Assembly: GCA_010093705.1 (NCBI GenBank)
Contig: MU006092.1
Span: forward strand, 1,382,350-1,446,349
From: Patellaria atrata CBS 101060
Taxonomy: Eukaryota
Direction: 5' to 3'
Length of the DNA stretch: 64,000 bases
Below are positions 1-13,714 of this stretch, piece by piece. The notes beneath the pieces were generated by a model. The model was given only the letters and a program-made list of their open reading frames with translations. It searched no databases and was not told where the DNA came from. Every line of letters starts with the position of its first letter. The first letter of the stretch is position 1. The position numbers and the translations under genes are program-made.

Positions 1-485
1 CGTACACTCGTACTACTGGGTTTGCCATCCTCAAGAAGTCAGACATGACGGCGTACACCCAAGCTTGAGTTGCTTTCAGGCCGGCAAGCAAAACACCGCT
101 ACTGCAAAAGCCAGGCTATCCAGCCCTGTACGGATGTAATCCAAGAGGCTTACACATGCGAGAGTCAACTTTCTATTCGTCGAATACAAGGTTTGCTTGA
201 AACGAACGGCATTTCTTCTCCGACAGACACGTAAGACTCTGTATTTTTCAACGTTGAAGCGGTTACAGACGAAACCTTGCTGGCGGTTTTAATTTTTGAA
301 CCTGCTTTAATACAGAGCTGCCCCGCAGACAGTTTGAGAGTGACTGAGGTGTGAGGTTACGGAGGACGGAGCACTCTAAACTTTCACCTGTTACCTGCTA
401 TGTTCTAGCGCTGCTTTCAAATAGAGCTCATGTTTGAACAACTCCGGAGCGTGTTCGCTACCTTTCTCGTGTCTATGGAAATGAA

Positions 486-585
486 NNNNNNNNNNNNNNN
501 NNNNNNNNNNNNNNNNNNNNNNNNNNNNNNNNNNNNNNNNNNNNNNNNNNNNNNNNNNNNNNNNNNNNNNNNNNNNNNNNNNNNN
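486..585. other. Assembly gap (100 N)
   Basis: Run of exactly 100 N followed by a poly-A run. Confidence 0.98.
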
Positions 586-3500
586 AAAAAAAAAAATCTT
601 TTGAATATCTTTTGTATATCTTTTGTGATACGGTAACAATCCTCAGCAGGAAGATGTGCACGCGACATGGTTCCATTTCAGGAGGTGGAAATTTGAGCGT
701 GTGCTCAATTTCCCAATTTTCTCTTGGTGCACAATCTCTCATCTCGGAAGGCTCGATCGCGTAGAATAGGGGGTAACGCTCTGTTGGAACCCAACTGGGA
801 AGCGATCGCCACCAAACCGATGAAGGCGGTAGGATATCAAGCCTTGAGAGGTTGACTTTGCTTCTCACCGCCTACAAAGGCTGTTGGTAAATGGTGCCCA
901 GGAATCAAGCCCGTTGCGCCCAGAGAGATCCCGACGTAATGGCGCCTGGACCCTGCTCCGCCCGAAACTTCGTTGTACACTTGTGCTTTCTGCCGGTCTT
1001 ATCTGAGGGGAGAAGAGAGAATAGACGGGAGTTTTATGCTCACCAAGTACCTACAACGTTCCTAAAAGTAACTCATAAAAATACTTTCGTCTTAACAGGT
1101 AAGTGTTTTGTTTGAATTTGGTAAAGAGCAAGGTACTTTTCAACTTAGTAATGACGTCCATTACAATTGTCTTAGAATGTTCTACCGTCCGACTAGCACG
1201 AAGAAGTTGTTTTCTTGTTTAGTCAATACGAATGATGGTTCAAGGGACGAGGTCTCACATGTACACCTCAGACTTGACTGTACTTGTCCCTTATGAACCA
1301 ACTGACTGGACTCCGGAACCCATTATACGTTAAACAATCGACTTTGTACTGTACTGTACGGGACCTCGAGTACAATACCATTGATTTAACCCGGGCTCTT
1401 ACCTTAGCATTGGTGCTAGAGATATTTTCTCATGCACACGTATTGTACGCAGTAACTTAGAGGTATGGACATTGATATTGCCTTACCATTTGGATTCGGA
1501 TATGCCGGGTGGAAGCAAGCGAGAAAAATTCGGACAGAGGCGATGTTCAAAGACGTCTATATGGCGGCTGGTTCCTGTCATCAGATACCTGAAAGATGGT
1601 TCAGTCAATCAAATCCCCGAACTGAAAGATACGTCTCTCATGGTGAGGGAAAGAGATCGGGGTTACTTGGTGGGAGATTCACCTCAGCATTATGGTATCC
1701 AATGGCAACACATACGCCTTACCTTAGGAAAATACGGATGGGATTCCTACCTACTTTGATATCACTGGATGTGCTTTCTATATAGACATTGTAAACAACC
1801 CTCATTCTCTTTCTGAATACCTTGCTGTAGTCATATATAAGGTGATGATATACTTTACAGTACTTCCTCAAATCCATTTACATCCCAACAACAGCATTCC
1901 ACTTTATCATATCCAGCGACCGTATACTTGTATACACACTCAGTCAAGCATTTGGAGAGCACCTAATCGATAAAACTCGAAAAGAATGACCCTTCATTCG
2001 ACCAAGGAAGCCGACGAGTCCCATCTCCCTAAACAATCGCATGTTGTGAGGTAAGGTAAGTTCATGCTCTAGGAATATTCTACGAGGTGTTGTAGTAGTC
2101 ACTGTTTGCGCTAAACCCTATTTAGTTGAAGCCGAGGTTCTTCAGATAACCAATCAATCATGGAGAGGAGCCGAATCCACAGCAATTCATGCTATTTGGC
2201 CCCGCGGTGACGGATCTGATACGACTTCGAGATTTCACCACTCAACGCGTCGACGTCGGCTCTCGTTTTCTCACAACTAGTCGACAACGAAACGGCAGTA
2301 GACTCGTACAAAATTCAGATTGGCCTTTTGAGCGTTGGCGACAAGATACTCTGTGTTCAATTGTTGAACCCAAAAACCATTTCCCTTGGACAACCACTGA
2401 TTGTACCAAGTCTTTCGCCAGAGGTTTGGGACGAGGCTCGAAACCGGACAGAGGCTCTACACAAGTCTCTACACCAGAAGCTTCCACGCCGGGTTCTACA
2501 CAAGAAGACTTTACACAGCAGAATCCTACTACCCAGTAGTGGAATTCTCTGACCATTCCTTCAATTATCCATCTTCCGAATCCCCCCGCCCTCATTCCAA
2601 CCTGTCCGCCAAATCTCCATTCCTTCTCTCTTTCTGAACCAGAATCCATCTTCACCCTATCCTCAAACTCGCATAAACGCGTTCGAAGGCTTAAAACAAG
2701 ATCGATTCAAGCAAGAGACCTAAAAAACGGCTCGGACTTTTCACAGAAGGAGATCGGCATGTCAACCAACTTCCTCGACAGATCAAGCACGTCAATCAAA
2801 TTCAGAACCATCCCCAGCTAGTACGACTCCTCGACCCTCATCTACTACTACAACAACACGTCAACCTGATACAGCGGACAGCGCACCTCGATCCCAAAAC
2901 CACCGACACAGAACGTCAACCTAGTAGAGTACTTGATTTTGGTGCCGCAGTTTATAACGGTACAGTACCTTACACCGGTCCATCAAGTCAGCCCAGCACA
3001 TCACATCAGCCTAGTGCATCAATTCCAATCCGATGCATCACCTCAATCTGGTAAACCACGTCAATCAAGCAGCTTAGCTCGATCAAGTACCAGTACCCTC
3101 GTCCAGTACACGGAATAAACCCAGTAAATCACATCGACCCAGGGGAAAATCTACTTCAGCCTTTCCGACATAATTCAAGGCATTCTCTCCCACGTTAGCA
3201 CGCAACCACAATAAAGCACTCAAAAGCCAAGTTAGAGCCTCGATCCGGTAGGGTCCCCAAATTTGGCTCCGCGGTACTCCCTTCGAAACCAGTCCCTCCC
3301 AGCGAAACTTTTGAGGAGCAATTCCAAGACCCAGGAGTACGCTTAGACTGACCCCTAAATTCATCAATTAACCTACCAGGCAACCGCATTCAAAAGATTG
3401 GTGAAAGGGCACGACCTGCTGGCAGAAGAACAGTCTATACCAGTACAATTCGTCCCCGAACCAGCAACGGAACTCCTCCACCTTCATTCGACAGATCCCT

Positions 3501-3888
3501 CTTCAGAACGCCTTCTCCACCGTCTCCACCGCCCCGAAGTCCTTTACGCCCAAGGCAGCCGCGTACCAACAACATCTCCACCGAGCGCTTCGAGCCCAAA
3601 CCAGCAACGGGAACAAGATCTCAAAGCCCTCGTCCCGGCACTCCTGTCCAGTCACCACGGCGCAGCCACCAAAAGTCAAAGCCTTAAAAACCAAATCCCA
3701 CAAACCCAAACCCAAATCCATCCCAAAACCCAAGCACCCCACAAAGAAGAAAACGATCAATACGCCCATCCAGACTCCTCTCCAGCCACGCGAGCTCCTC
3801 GAACGCTACGTCCCGCGCCGCAGCCAAATACCACCTCTTTCCACGATACCCTCCACAGACCATCAAACAAACCCAACAACCAGCAATA

Positions 3889-4431
3889 ATGCCAACTCAA
3901 CCCTCCCCCATAACATACACCCTCCGCCTCAAATTCCACAAAACAACAGTCCTCCTGCACGTCGATCCTCTGCAGACCCTGCACTCTCTCCGCTCGGATC
4001 TCCTCACAGCTCTCCGTCAAACGTGTCCGGATGGCACGATCGGCGGTCTCGCTCTCCTTCCTGACACGCCGGAGGAGATTGAGCTGGCGGTGCCGAGGGA
4101 TTTGAACGATGCGAGTAAGGGATGGGTTAGGGTTCTTGCTGCCGGCGAGGGGAGCCAGGGGGTGGGGGATGTGGTTACCGCGAGGGGTGTGAGGGATGGG
4201 GGCGTGTTGGCTTTTAGGTTTAGGAGTGGAAGGGAGGCTGGTGGTGTGGAGGTTAGCGAGTATAGGGGCAAGGGGAAGGCGAAGGCGGTCGAGGTGGAGG
4301 AGTTGAATCTCAATGCGGATTTGGAGGAGGATGAGGATGGAGAGTGGGATGTTGTGCTGCCGAGTTATGAGGATGCGTATGGGGTTGAAAATGAGGGTGA
4401 TGTTGGGGCTAGGGGGGAGTTTGTGGGGTAA
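3889..4431 (+). CDS. Hypothetical protein, 180 aa, possibly with a ubiquitin-like N-terminal fold and an acidic C-terminal tail
   Basis: Intronless ORF with protein-like composition (YTLRLKFHKTTVLLHVDPLQTLHSLRSDLLTAL...GVRDGGVLAFRF...WDVVLPSYED). The fold is inferred from the beta-beta-alpha pattern only. Confidence 0.7.
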   Translation: MPTQPSPITYTLRLKFHKTTVLLHVDPLQTLHSLRSDLLTALRQTCPDGTIGGLALLPDTPEEIELAVPRDLNDASKGWVRVLAAGEGSQGVGDVVTARGVRDGGVLAFRFRSGREAGGVEVSEYRGKGKAKAVEVEELNLNADLEEDEDGEWDVVLPSYEDAYGVENEGDVGARGEFVG

Positions 4432-4636
4432 AGGTAAGTGCGCAGGTTTCTCGTGTGCTCTGGTTGTCTGGTTGGCGTTCAAAAGTAATGGCGTTCGTGT
4501 TGCTCTATCCGATAGGTCGGGAGAGGGGGAGCGGATTTTTTAAGGGGGATGGGGTTCAGGGGGGTTTCATCACTGGCTTTTTCACTTTTCATTTCGGTAG
4601 GTAGGGACATGAGGGGTTCGATAAGCTATTGTAGCG

Positions 4637-4668
4637 GCATAGCATAGCATAGCATAGCATAGCATAGC
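4637..4668 (+). repeat. (GCATA)n microsatellite
   Basis: About 6 tandem copies seen directly. Confidence 0.9.
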
Positions 4669-5282
4669 GATGGCGTGGTCCGTTAGGGTCTCATCCATCA
4701 TTAGAGTCAGTATTAGAATCATTAGAATCGGTTTATTCGGCCATTGGATAGAGTAAGACGGATTGGAGTTTGATTTTATTTTACTTTTTTTTTCTTTTGT
4801 GCGTTAAAGGGGGGGGGCGGAGGGGGGGGTTGGATATGTGTTCGTGTGATATGGGATCAATACGCAGAGTTAAAACCGAGTCGTGATCAGCAAATACCCG
4901 ACGCCCCCAATATCCAATACCCCAAACCCAAGCATCGAGAATTAGGGGAGAGGGCATGAGACGATATGATGTTGGACTCTCAGTCCCAATCTCGATCTCA
5001 CCCGATTCCAGCCCATACACCCGAGCACCAGTAAAGGGGATAGAAACCTGAAGTAATCATGCTGAGGTCGATCGCGCCCATTTACGAACCCGTGCAAAGA
5101 TGTAGATGTAGATATAGGTGTGCGGGTATGTAAAACCAAACGTATCCACCAAACCTGCCAAGGGTTTTTGAGGTAGAGTGGGAGGCGTTTGTGGACTGGC
5201 TACCTTAGTCTTCTGCGGTAGATTGGATAGGTGAGGTGGCCGTGAAGGATGGGGGAAGCGATGGGAGATTCTGGGGGAGGGT

Positions 5283-5354
5283 GGAGATGAAGATGGAGAT
5301 GGAGATGGAGATGGAGATGGAGATGGAGATGGAGATGGAGATGGAGATGGAGAT
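5283..5354 (+). repeat. (GGAGAT)n microsatellite
   Basis: About 12 tandem copies, one imperfect. Confidence 0.92.
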
Positions 5355-5693
5355 AAAGATGTAAATGTAAATGTAATCTGGGAAGCGAGCTGGATGGGGT
5401 AGGGTGTGTTTGATAATCGGGAGCGGTTAGGGGGTGTGGTTGTGTGCGTGTCTGAATTTACTGCTGACCGGTATGGATGAAATCAGTGCTGTCGGGAATG
5501 GGCGGAATTCTAGTCGAGGATGCGGACGATGCAGATGATATGAAGTAAGACGGGGAATTCACCGGATGGAGAATCCCAGATAGAGGGATGTAGTCGCGAG
5601 CTGAATACCATATGAATCAGTGTTGTGGAGAATGGAATAAGCTATGACAGATCGCGGTCGAGGATGTGGATGATTGCCGGGCTGAAATAGTGT

Positions 5694-7230
5694 TCAGTCG
5701 TCAATGACAACGGACTCCATACGACGAAGGGGTCTTTGCGGCGGCTTGGGTAGATCCTTGGGGCCCGCGGTGACGACGGGTGGTTTTTGGATGCAGTCGA
5801 GGTACGAGTAGTCGAGTTTCCAGTCCTTTAGTCTTTCCAACTCGTTGTTCTCCACCATTTTCCGAAGCCTCAGGAATTGTTGGCATAGAAACTCGCTGTA
5901 GAATCTCTTGACGCCTGTCAAGGGACGATCATGTGCTATGCTGTCTTCAAGAAGACATTGACGCAGTGGGGAAGTCTTTGATGTGCGGCCGAAGATATAT
6001 GTTGGGTCATCGTCGTCGTAGATCCAGTCACCCTAATGGATTTCACCGCGGAGGGTATCCAGGGCAAATCTGGCTGTCTCAGGGATGCTGAGATTTACAC
6101 TGATAAGATAAAGGGAGATGAAATCTTGCAGCCCATCCTCGTGGCCCAGATCATATTGAATACGGCCAGTCTCGACGAGTTGGAGCAGTAGTGCGAATGA
6201 GTCAGCGAAGTAGAAGTCTTGATCTCTTAGCTCTATTCGATTCCCTTTTTCATCTTTTGCATCGAAGTAATTCTTTAGCTTAAGTGCCCATGCGAGAATA
6301 AGTGACCGATGAACTAAGAATTCCGTAGTCTCTTCCTCAGAAGTGTCGCCAATCTGGATGATTAATATGTTTTATTGAGAGAAATAATCACTAAGAGAAC
6401 ATTAGCATAGTGCTAGAGAAGGAATCAGTTTGGAGTACCTCATGTTCAGTTCCAGAGGAATGCGGAAAAGGTCCTGCAGCTTGGTTTCCTTATCCTATTT
6501 GATGCAGCCGGTGTTGTACATGCAGTAGATCGAGTCTCCCCAAGCCCAGTGCCCTCTGATTGTAGAGAGACTCGTATATTAACCATATGAGAATCCCCGA
6601 CGAGGGAAGTTTTAGAGGTTGCGTTTGCCATTGCGTCCGGAATTGTAATAAGGCTGGTATGTGCGCCACGGACCATGGCCTGTTCGGTCACTGTGACTGA
6701 TGTCTCTGATGAAGAGATCCGAGGAACGGAAGATGGTACTGATGTATCTTCCCGATTTCTAGTACTATCATTGTCGCCCTCCCGAACGGTCTCGGATGTC
6801 ATAGTGGGCGGACGTTCATTTATCACAAGGGCGGATCTGAGAGTTACTAGAAACCTGGAGTGCAGTAGAAGTGGTCCTTTCATCACCAGAACTCGATAAA
6901 AGTTCAGGTTTGCAGTCTGTATTGGGTAATCCAGATTGACATCCATCTTGTAGCTGGAAGAACCCACCAGACCCTCCCGTGTGTGGCAGAGTATCCGATG
7001 ATGCTCGGTGATCTTCAAGAAGGGTAAGTTTAGTCCGTTTTTCTCCTCAATGTGACATTCACATTCTCTGAGCTCGACCTCATATATCTTTGTCTGTGAA
7101 CGATAAAGTAATCATCCTCCACTTTGATTGTATTATCGTCGACTTGATCGATTCGGCGTTTTCCCGAGGGAGGGTTGGATACAGGTATCGCAGGAGATGT
7201 TTCTCTGAGAAGAGATGAATCTGGTACCAC
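5694..7230 (-). pseudogene. BTB/POZ-domain protein pseudogene
   Basis: Manual translation of 6390-5694 gives IIQIGD..TEFLVHRSLI...IELRD..FALLLQLVETG...ISLYLIS...YIFGRTSKTSPLRQCLL, which fits the fungal BTB pattern. In-frame stops at 6372-6374 (TAA) and 6033-6035 (TAG). Intron 6438-6391 (GTACTC..GCTAAT..TAG). The upstream Ser/Thr-rich ORFs are out of frame. 5' boundary approximate. Confidence 0.6.
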
Positions 7231-8891
7231 TGATACTAAATCACCGCTTTCCGATTCATAAGGAGAACATGGAGATGGAGACCTCCTCTCAACTGCGCGG
7301 ACCTTTTAGTCAACGCTACTGATAGGCATTGCTGTGCCACTTTCATTATTTCGTGGAATCAAAATATAGGGTAACTCCGCGAGGAAACTCTCGGAGTTTC
7401 TTGTAAATCAATCCTTGTTAAGACGCACGTGTCCATAGCTGCTTTGAGGTAGAGTGAATCAGGTTGTCCAGGATACGGGCTGATAACACCAGCCAGTTGA
7501 AAAGCGAGGAATGTGGGAATGCAAAAGGGCGAATAATAGTGGTTTAGTTTTCAGAAGATAAGAAAACGCCCAATGCAGAAGCCTACGTTGTTCGAATTCA
7601 ACCGTAAGGGCTTTAATGACTTGTCCTTTGAAATTGCTCAAAATAAGACCAACAGATCGGATGGGAAGTTCAAAACCCGATATCTAAGTGAAGCTCGACC
7701 TGCTAATCTCTATGCTTTGATATTTGAGAGCGATATTGCAGAAATACTTCCAATGATTTAAAGAGCAGTGGAAGAAAATAAATGATGAAAAGCTGTACGA
7801 GAATATAAACGAGATATATTTTGGGCAGCAACCACAGAGATTTCATACCCTCCGACCTTTCTTATCGCTCAAAGGCATTTGTTCGTGTTTAGAGTATGAA
7901 CTAATCCATATTTATCCTTCGTAAGATGTTGATAGTGTGAGGTATCCAAATGGCGAGTGGTTGAAAGTAGGGGTTTGCACTATGGCCTCAAAGAATGGAA
8001 ATGTTACTATTCCGCACAATACCTTATTAGACCAACTTTCATATCACGGGATTAGGTACGGTGTAGAGGTAGAAGTCTCGGAAATCATGGAGGACCTGCA
8101 CACTTCTAAAATACATGACATTCATCTTGTCGTCTCAATTTGGGTATCAGATTGATCCCACTCGGTATTTCAAGCTTAAAGGGGGAGGCTCCAGTGAACG
8201 AATACGAAGTGCGGCTACAACGATCAAAAGGAAACTCCGTGGGGTATTCGTTTGGGAGAGATACATCGCTATTGTCTTGACACATATTGTTGCGAACGAA
8301 GAGCATTCGATGATGTTCGATGTTGAAGGTTCGCCAAAACTGTCAAAATTTGCGGTACTATTTTTACATAACACGTGAGGGTGGCGTCGTCATTGAATCA
8401 GGGGTAAAGGATGGTTTGACGGCTTGGCGGAGACGTAAAAAATGCTCAAAGTAGATTAGTCGCTCGTAACGTTTCTTGTAACACGAGTGTCAACTGAACT
8501 CTAATCCTAAAATGGAGATGCATGAAAATATGACATTCTAGCGTTTCGGGAGGTGATGCGGCCGTGCACCTCTCCTCTCCTTCTTTTACTTACGATCATC
8601 CTCAACCCTCATTCCATCCGTTGCCCGCTTCTTGTACATTCCTGGATTTTTGTCTCCGTCGTTTCCTTCGTACGGCGGTTTCTTCACCTTCGTTGCTTAG
8701 TTAATATCTTTTTCTTTGTATTCATCTTATACAGGATACACTCGCTTTATCTCTAACCTCCAAGAAATACGCGTTGGACGAACAAGGAAACGTCGAAACC
8801 GTTTCAGATCTCCTATCTTCCGATTCTTCTCTCCGTGGGATAAACCTATCCATCACATATCCTCCTCTATCCTCGGAATCTACGCCCTTTA

Positions 8892-10357
8892 ATGATGGTT
8901 CGCTATCTCGCATCGGCTGCCATCGCAGCACTTCTTTCGGCCTCAGCAGTTTCCGCTCAGAATGCAGATATCCCCACATGTGGTCCTGGAAAGAAATGCC
9001 CTTCAGATACTCCATGCTGTTCGGGTATAACTTGCTCCCAGAGACCTTCTTTCGGATATCACTAACAATATTCCAGCGTATGGACAATGCGGCCTTGGAG
9101 CTTATTGCCTCGGCGGTTGCGATCCTCTTTTCTCACACTCGCTCGATTCCTGCGTACCCAACCCAATCTGCAAGAGCGCCGACTATCAGTTGAATAACTT
9201 GGATGACATTGCGATGATTGATGAATATCTTGGAGATACCGATGGCGTAAACTGGGTAGCAAGCGGCAGACCTATCGAATACCCAGATGGTGGCATTCTT
9301 TTGACTATGGCGCCTGATACGGTTGGGACGCTTCTAGCAACAACTCACTATGTGTGGTACGGCAAAATTTCTGCTAAGATGACAACCAGTCAAGGCAAGG
9401 GTGTCGTAACGGCGTTTATTATGATGTCAGATGTCAAGGATGAAATCGATTACGAGTTCGTCGGTGTGGATATCAACCACGCGCAAACTAACTTCTACTC
9501 TCAAGGTGTAACAAACTGTAAGTTTAGCTGCGCTCATATTGATATTCAATATCACCGCTAACTTCCCAACAGATAATAATGGCGATGAGCACGAAGCACA
9601 AAACACTGTCAGCAACTCTTACACTTACACTATTGACTGGAAACCCGACTCCATAACCTGGTACATTGATGATACCGAGGTACGCCGCCTCGAGCGTTCC
9701 TCGACCTGGAACTCAACCTCTAACCGCTTCGATTACCCGCAAACCCCCTCGCGCATTATGATTTCCCTTTGGCCCGCCGGTTTACCCTCCAACGGCGAAG
9801 GAACTATCGAGTGGGCTGGTGGCCTTATCGACTGGAACTCCCGCTATATGCAAAATGGCTTCTACTATGCCCGCCTTGAAGAGGTTTCCGTCGAGTGCTA
9901 CGACCCACCCCGTGGCGCTAATGTCTCGGGCTCCAAGAGCTATATCTATACCGACTACCGCGGTACCAACGATACTATCGCTGTTACCAACAAGCAGGTT
10001 GTTCTTGGCTCGTTTTACAATAGCGGTGAGGATCCCGAGGATGAGGAGGATGACCAACCATCTGGCACATCGTCTGCGACAAGGCCCACTAGAACCGCGC
10101 AGACCATTCCCGGTGTTGTTGGCGCCGGAAGCAGAGGGGAGGAACCGATTGAGTCGTCTGCCCCGCAAGACAGTGGATCATCTAATCCGTCCGGCACGAG
10201 AGCTGGTGGCAACGATGTTGATACCCCACGACAAACCGGCTCGGGAGTCTTCTTCCAGGGTGACGATGAGCCAGCTGGGGAAGGTGCTGCGGTGAGAGTT
10301 GGCGGGAGTGTGTTTGCGGTTGTTATGGGTGTTGTAGTTGGGTGTTTGGTGCTATAG
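8892..10357 (+). CDS. utr2: GPI-anchored GH16 chitin transglycosylase with N-terminal CBM18 (Utr2/Crh2 type); exons 8892-9024, 9077-9517, 9573-10357
   Basis: Signal peptide, Cys-rich CPSDTPCCS-AYGQCGLGAYCLGGCDP domain, catalytic DEIDYE motif, YPQTPSRIMISLWPAG, Ser/Thr-rich stalk and hydrophobic GPI signal. Both introns are canonical and keep the frame. Confidence 0.93.
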
Positions 10358-13300
10358 TTGGGAGAAAGCCATTGAGCTCGGAAGTGAGAAGGGTGGAGGT
10401 AATTTCTTTAAATTCTTGTATCTGCTCTTTTCTATTGTGAAATGCATTTTTGCGGTTAAAACGGAAGGGTCACTCTTTTGAATTCAGCTGCAATGCTGGA
10501 AATCTCCTGTGGATTTAGGCCATAGGCGTATGGTGGAGTTGTCGATTTGATAGTCTGCTTAATTACCTTATCAACCTACGTTCTGTCCCGTCCGCATCAG
10601 TTGAGCGCCATCAAAAAAAAAAGAGAAGGAAAAAAGGCAAAAGTACACCCTCTTCGAGAGAAAGCCAAGGAAACCGCTGAAGCGATTTTGCTTGTTATCT
10701 TCGCGCTGCGTGGGTTGGGTTTTAAGTTGGTGATGGGATTCGAACGTGACTATAGGAAATACGAAATTTGACTGGAGGAAATTGAGAAAGGAAAATTGAC
10801 TGTACCGCGGCGGAATTGGGGGATCAAGTGGGGTTTGTGGAATATGTTGTCGTGGGCTTGAGGTGGGGGTTGGGAAGGGGTGAGTGTAGAAAGGGGTGGG
10901 ATGAGTGGGATGGGTGTTGTGAGTTACCTTATGGAGCACGTGGGTTTCTATCTAAGGTACTGGTGAAGTATAGTGGAAGGTAAGGTATGTGCACTGTGCC
11001 TTCCTCAGTTATTGTTGGGTTCTTGAACTCTATGTTAGCATGGATGATCCCTTATCATGGCACTGTTTCGGTCTATTATACTATGATTGTAGAGAGGAAT
11101 AGTCCATTCTACTATATTAGAGTCACTGTTGTATAAATTCATCCTACTGTACAAATCTCCCTTCTATACGAGCTCCCCTACTGTACTGTACAAATTCACA
11201 CTTTGTACGAACGATTCTACTGTACTCGATGACTATGACGTATGAGATGGCCTAACTGTTCAATACGGTACGGTACAGATCTGCCTGTAGAAAATGGACA
11301 AACTGTATGAAATGGTTAGAGTGTATGGAATAACTACACTGTATAGACTAGAACGACCACAAACTGTACAAAACACCCACACCCTACAGCATTCTCAGAC
11401 CGTAAAAAACACCCACATCCAATCCCATTATCCCGAACCAAACACCGAAAGGAGAAATACCCACAAACCTAACAAACCAACAGCACCCTCTAACCACTAA
11501 ACCGTCCAAAACAACCAAGCCGTAAAGTACAATACAGTCTCACCTGTTACGCCTACACTCCAACTCCGCGACTACTCCCTAATTCAACCTAAACCCGAAC
11601 CCAAATTAACGTAAGAAATCTAGAAGGAGAGTAAATCGGTAAACATCCCCACCCTAAACCGTGCTGAAAACGTAGCACGCTGTTTCAATACTGGGGATAA
11701 TGAGGGGGAGGGGGTTAGCAATGAATATATTAACTGCAGTATAGGCTAGGAGAGGGCTGGGGGAAAGGTATGGAGAGCGTTTGGATGTTTAATGATGGGT
11801 TGGGTAGGATGAGGTTGGTGGGAATTGTGATGGATTGGTTTGGAGAGTGACGGGGTGAGAGGATAGGAGAGGGGAGAAAGGGGGGGAGGATGGGTTAAGG
11901 ATGGAAGGGGGCGAAAGGGGAGGAGATAGAGAAGAGGAGATGATTTAGAGAGAGGTATGAATTGGGGGAATAAGGAGTTTGGAGAAGGTTGAAGGCTAGA
12001 GAAAAGAGGAGCCTAGAGACGAGAAGAGTCTGAAGGAAAGATGAGTCCAGAGAAGATGGGCTTTTACACCAGGTATTATTCTAGAAAACGGAAGTTATAG
12101 AATTCAGTTCATGCTAAATCCTGAGACCGCGGGACTTTTCTATGTCTGAGTCCAACTCTATTTCACCTGTTCGTAGTATTCAATACAAAAGGTTGGTTTG
12201 GATAGAGGACGAGTTCCTTGATTCGAGCGGTTATCTATTCTTCTTGCATATAAATGATTGTGCTTTGTGGATTAGAGGTAGAGGTAGGTGTGTTGCCTTT
12301 CGCTTTACCCGAAATGCTTGGGGAGTCAAAAGGGATAGAGGTAAGAGCACTTAGGGCGACGAGTTCGTTCCTCTCTTACTACCATGGGTTCTAGAGTAGA
12401 TGTGTGATTGAATTTTAGCCACTTTGAAAATTGTAACTTTATCTTTGTATTTCAGTGCTTGTCCCTGCATCCACAGGAAGTCTAGGAGGCGTGGTTAGCA
12501 GAAAGTGAACGATTAGAGGAGATATAATGGCCAAGGACTGATTTTTTATATGGATGCAATTACCCGAAACCGTACGCAGCATAACGTGGGGTATTGGCTA
12601 TTATATGAATCTCGGAGCTTCTTGAAATGGTAGAGAACTAGTGAGCGAGATAAAGTGGAAAGGGTCTTCTAGCTAAAATCACTGATTGTCTAGACCTGCA
12701 ACTTGGGCCCAAAGTAAAAGGTAATAGGTCAGATCAAGATCTATTGATAGCTGCGTCAGCAAATGTTAAATTTCTCAAAGAGGTAATTCTTCAATCCGCA
12801 AACACACCCGCGGATGTCGGCAATGTGTGAAGGCTCGGTGCTTAGTATGTCGTGTTACCCATCATCCTCGTAAGCCTAGACCAGACATGTTTGCGCCATA
12901 CCAAGGAATGAAAGATCAAAAGCGGGGGAATCCGAATATACAGAGATAATCGTTGGTTCGTAAGTGGGTGTGTACACTACATGGTACAGCGAGGCGTACA
13001 ACGAGTCGGAAAATTTGGAGGCAGCGAATAGTGGGGAACGAATATCAAAGAGATTGTACGACAGGACGATACCGCAACCGCTAAACGGAAAAGACACGAC
13101 ATAATAGCGTTATAAAAGAGCTATTGTGAATTACCAATTTGTTAGAAGTGGAATTACTGATATCAGTATATTTTACAACAGCAAGCGCCAAATATACATA
13201 ATAAGAAAATGATACATTTTATGGCACAAATCATAGAACGGGAGCATGGATATTCTAGTACTATTGATGTTAGACTAATGGTCTTAAAAAACCACCTGTG

Positions 13301-13417
13301 ATATGTCTATCAAGAAGTGTGTTCTAGAGCAAGCAAAGACGGCTTATATTGATCGATTCCTATATAGCCTTATAGTACCGTAGCGCACTCAAGAAGATGT
13401 CGTGTAGAAATTCTCAT

Positions 13418-13714
13418 CTAGGAGTAATTGTTGCGTCCATTGGGAAAGCCCATGAATCTCCATCCTCTCACTTCACCAAATAGCCGAGCTCGCTGGGCGA
13501 TACAAGTTGGGTTACGGCAGAGACCTCTGACAGGAATAGAACACCTGGCCTCATAGCATTGCCCTGAAATATCGAAAGGGATACGGTTTTGTGGTTCGCG
13601 TGGATCATTTATTCGATGGAGCTGATGCAACGCGAAATTGCAAAACTGTCTATGGACTATAACCGTTTCATCGACACATCCGCAAGGGTATCTGGCGTAT
13701 CCTATTTGGCACAT
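13418..13714 (-). CDS. Small Cys-rich hypothetical protein (98 aa, MC-x8-CGC N-terminus)
   Basis: Good start context (CTTCAATG), 8 Cys, no signal peptide. The MC..CGC start resembles small fungal orphan proteins. Confidence 0.5.
   Translation of the reverse strand: MCQIGYARYPCGCVDETVIVHRQFCNFALHQLHRINDPREPQNRIPFDISGQCYEARCSIPVRGLCRNPTCIAQRARLFGEVRGWRFMGFPNGRNNYS

Noticed and set aside
473..868. Minus-strand ORFs running into the first gap
   Set aside because: Their lengths are inflated by the N run and no product is recognisable.
1465..3889. Gene or pseudogene in ORFs 1465-1785, 2189-2552 and 3398-3889
   Set aside because: An intron-like signal lies near 2050-2125, but no splice model gave an open frame and no domain is recognisable.
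7450..8395. Second minus-strand pseudogene with several TAA/TAG/TGA stops
   Set aside because: The read-through translation has no motif I can identify with confidence.
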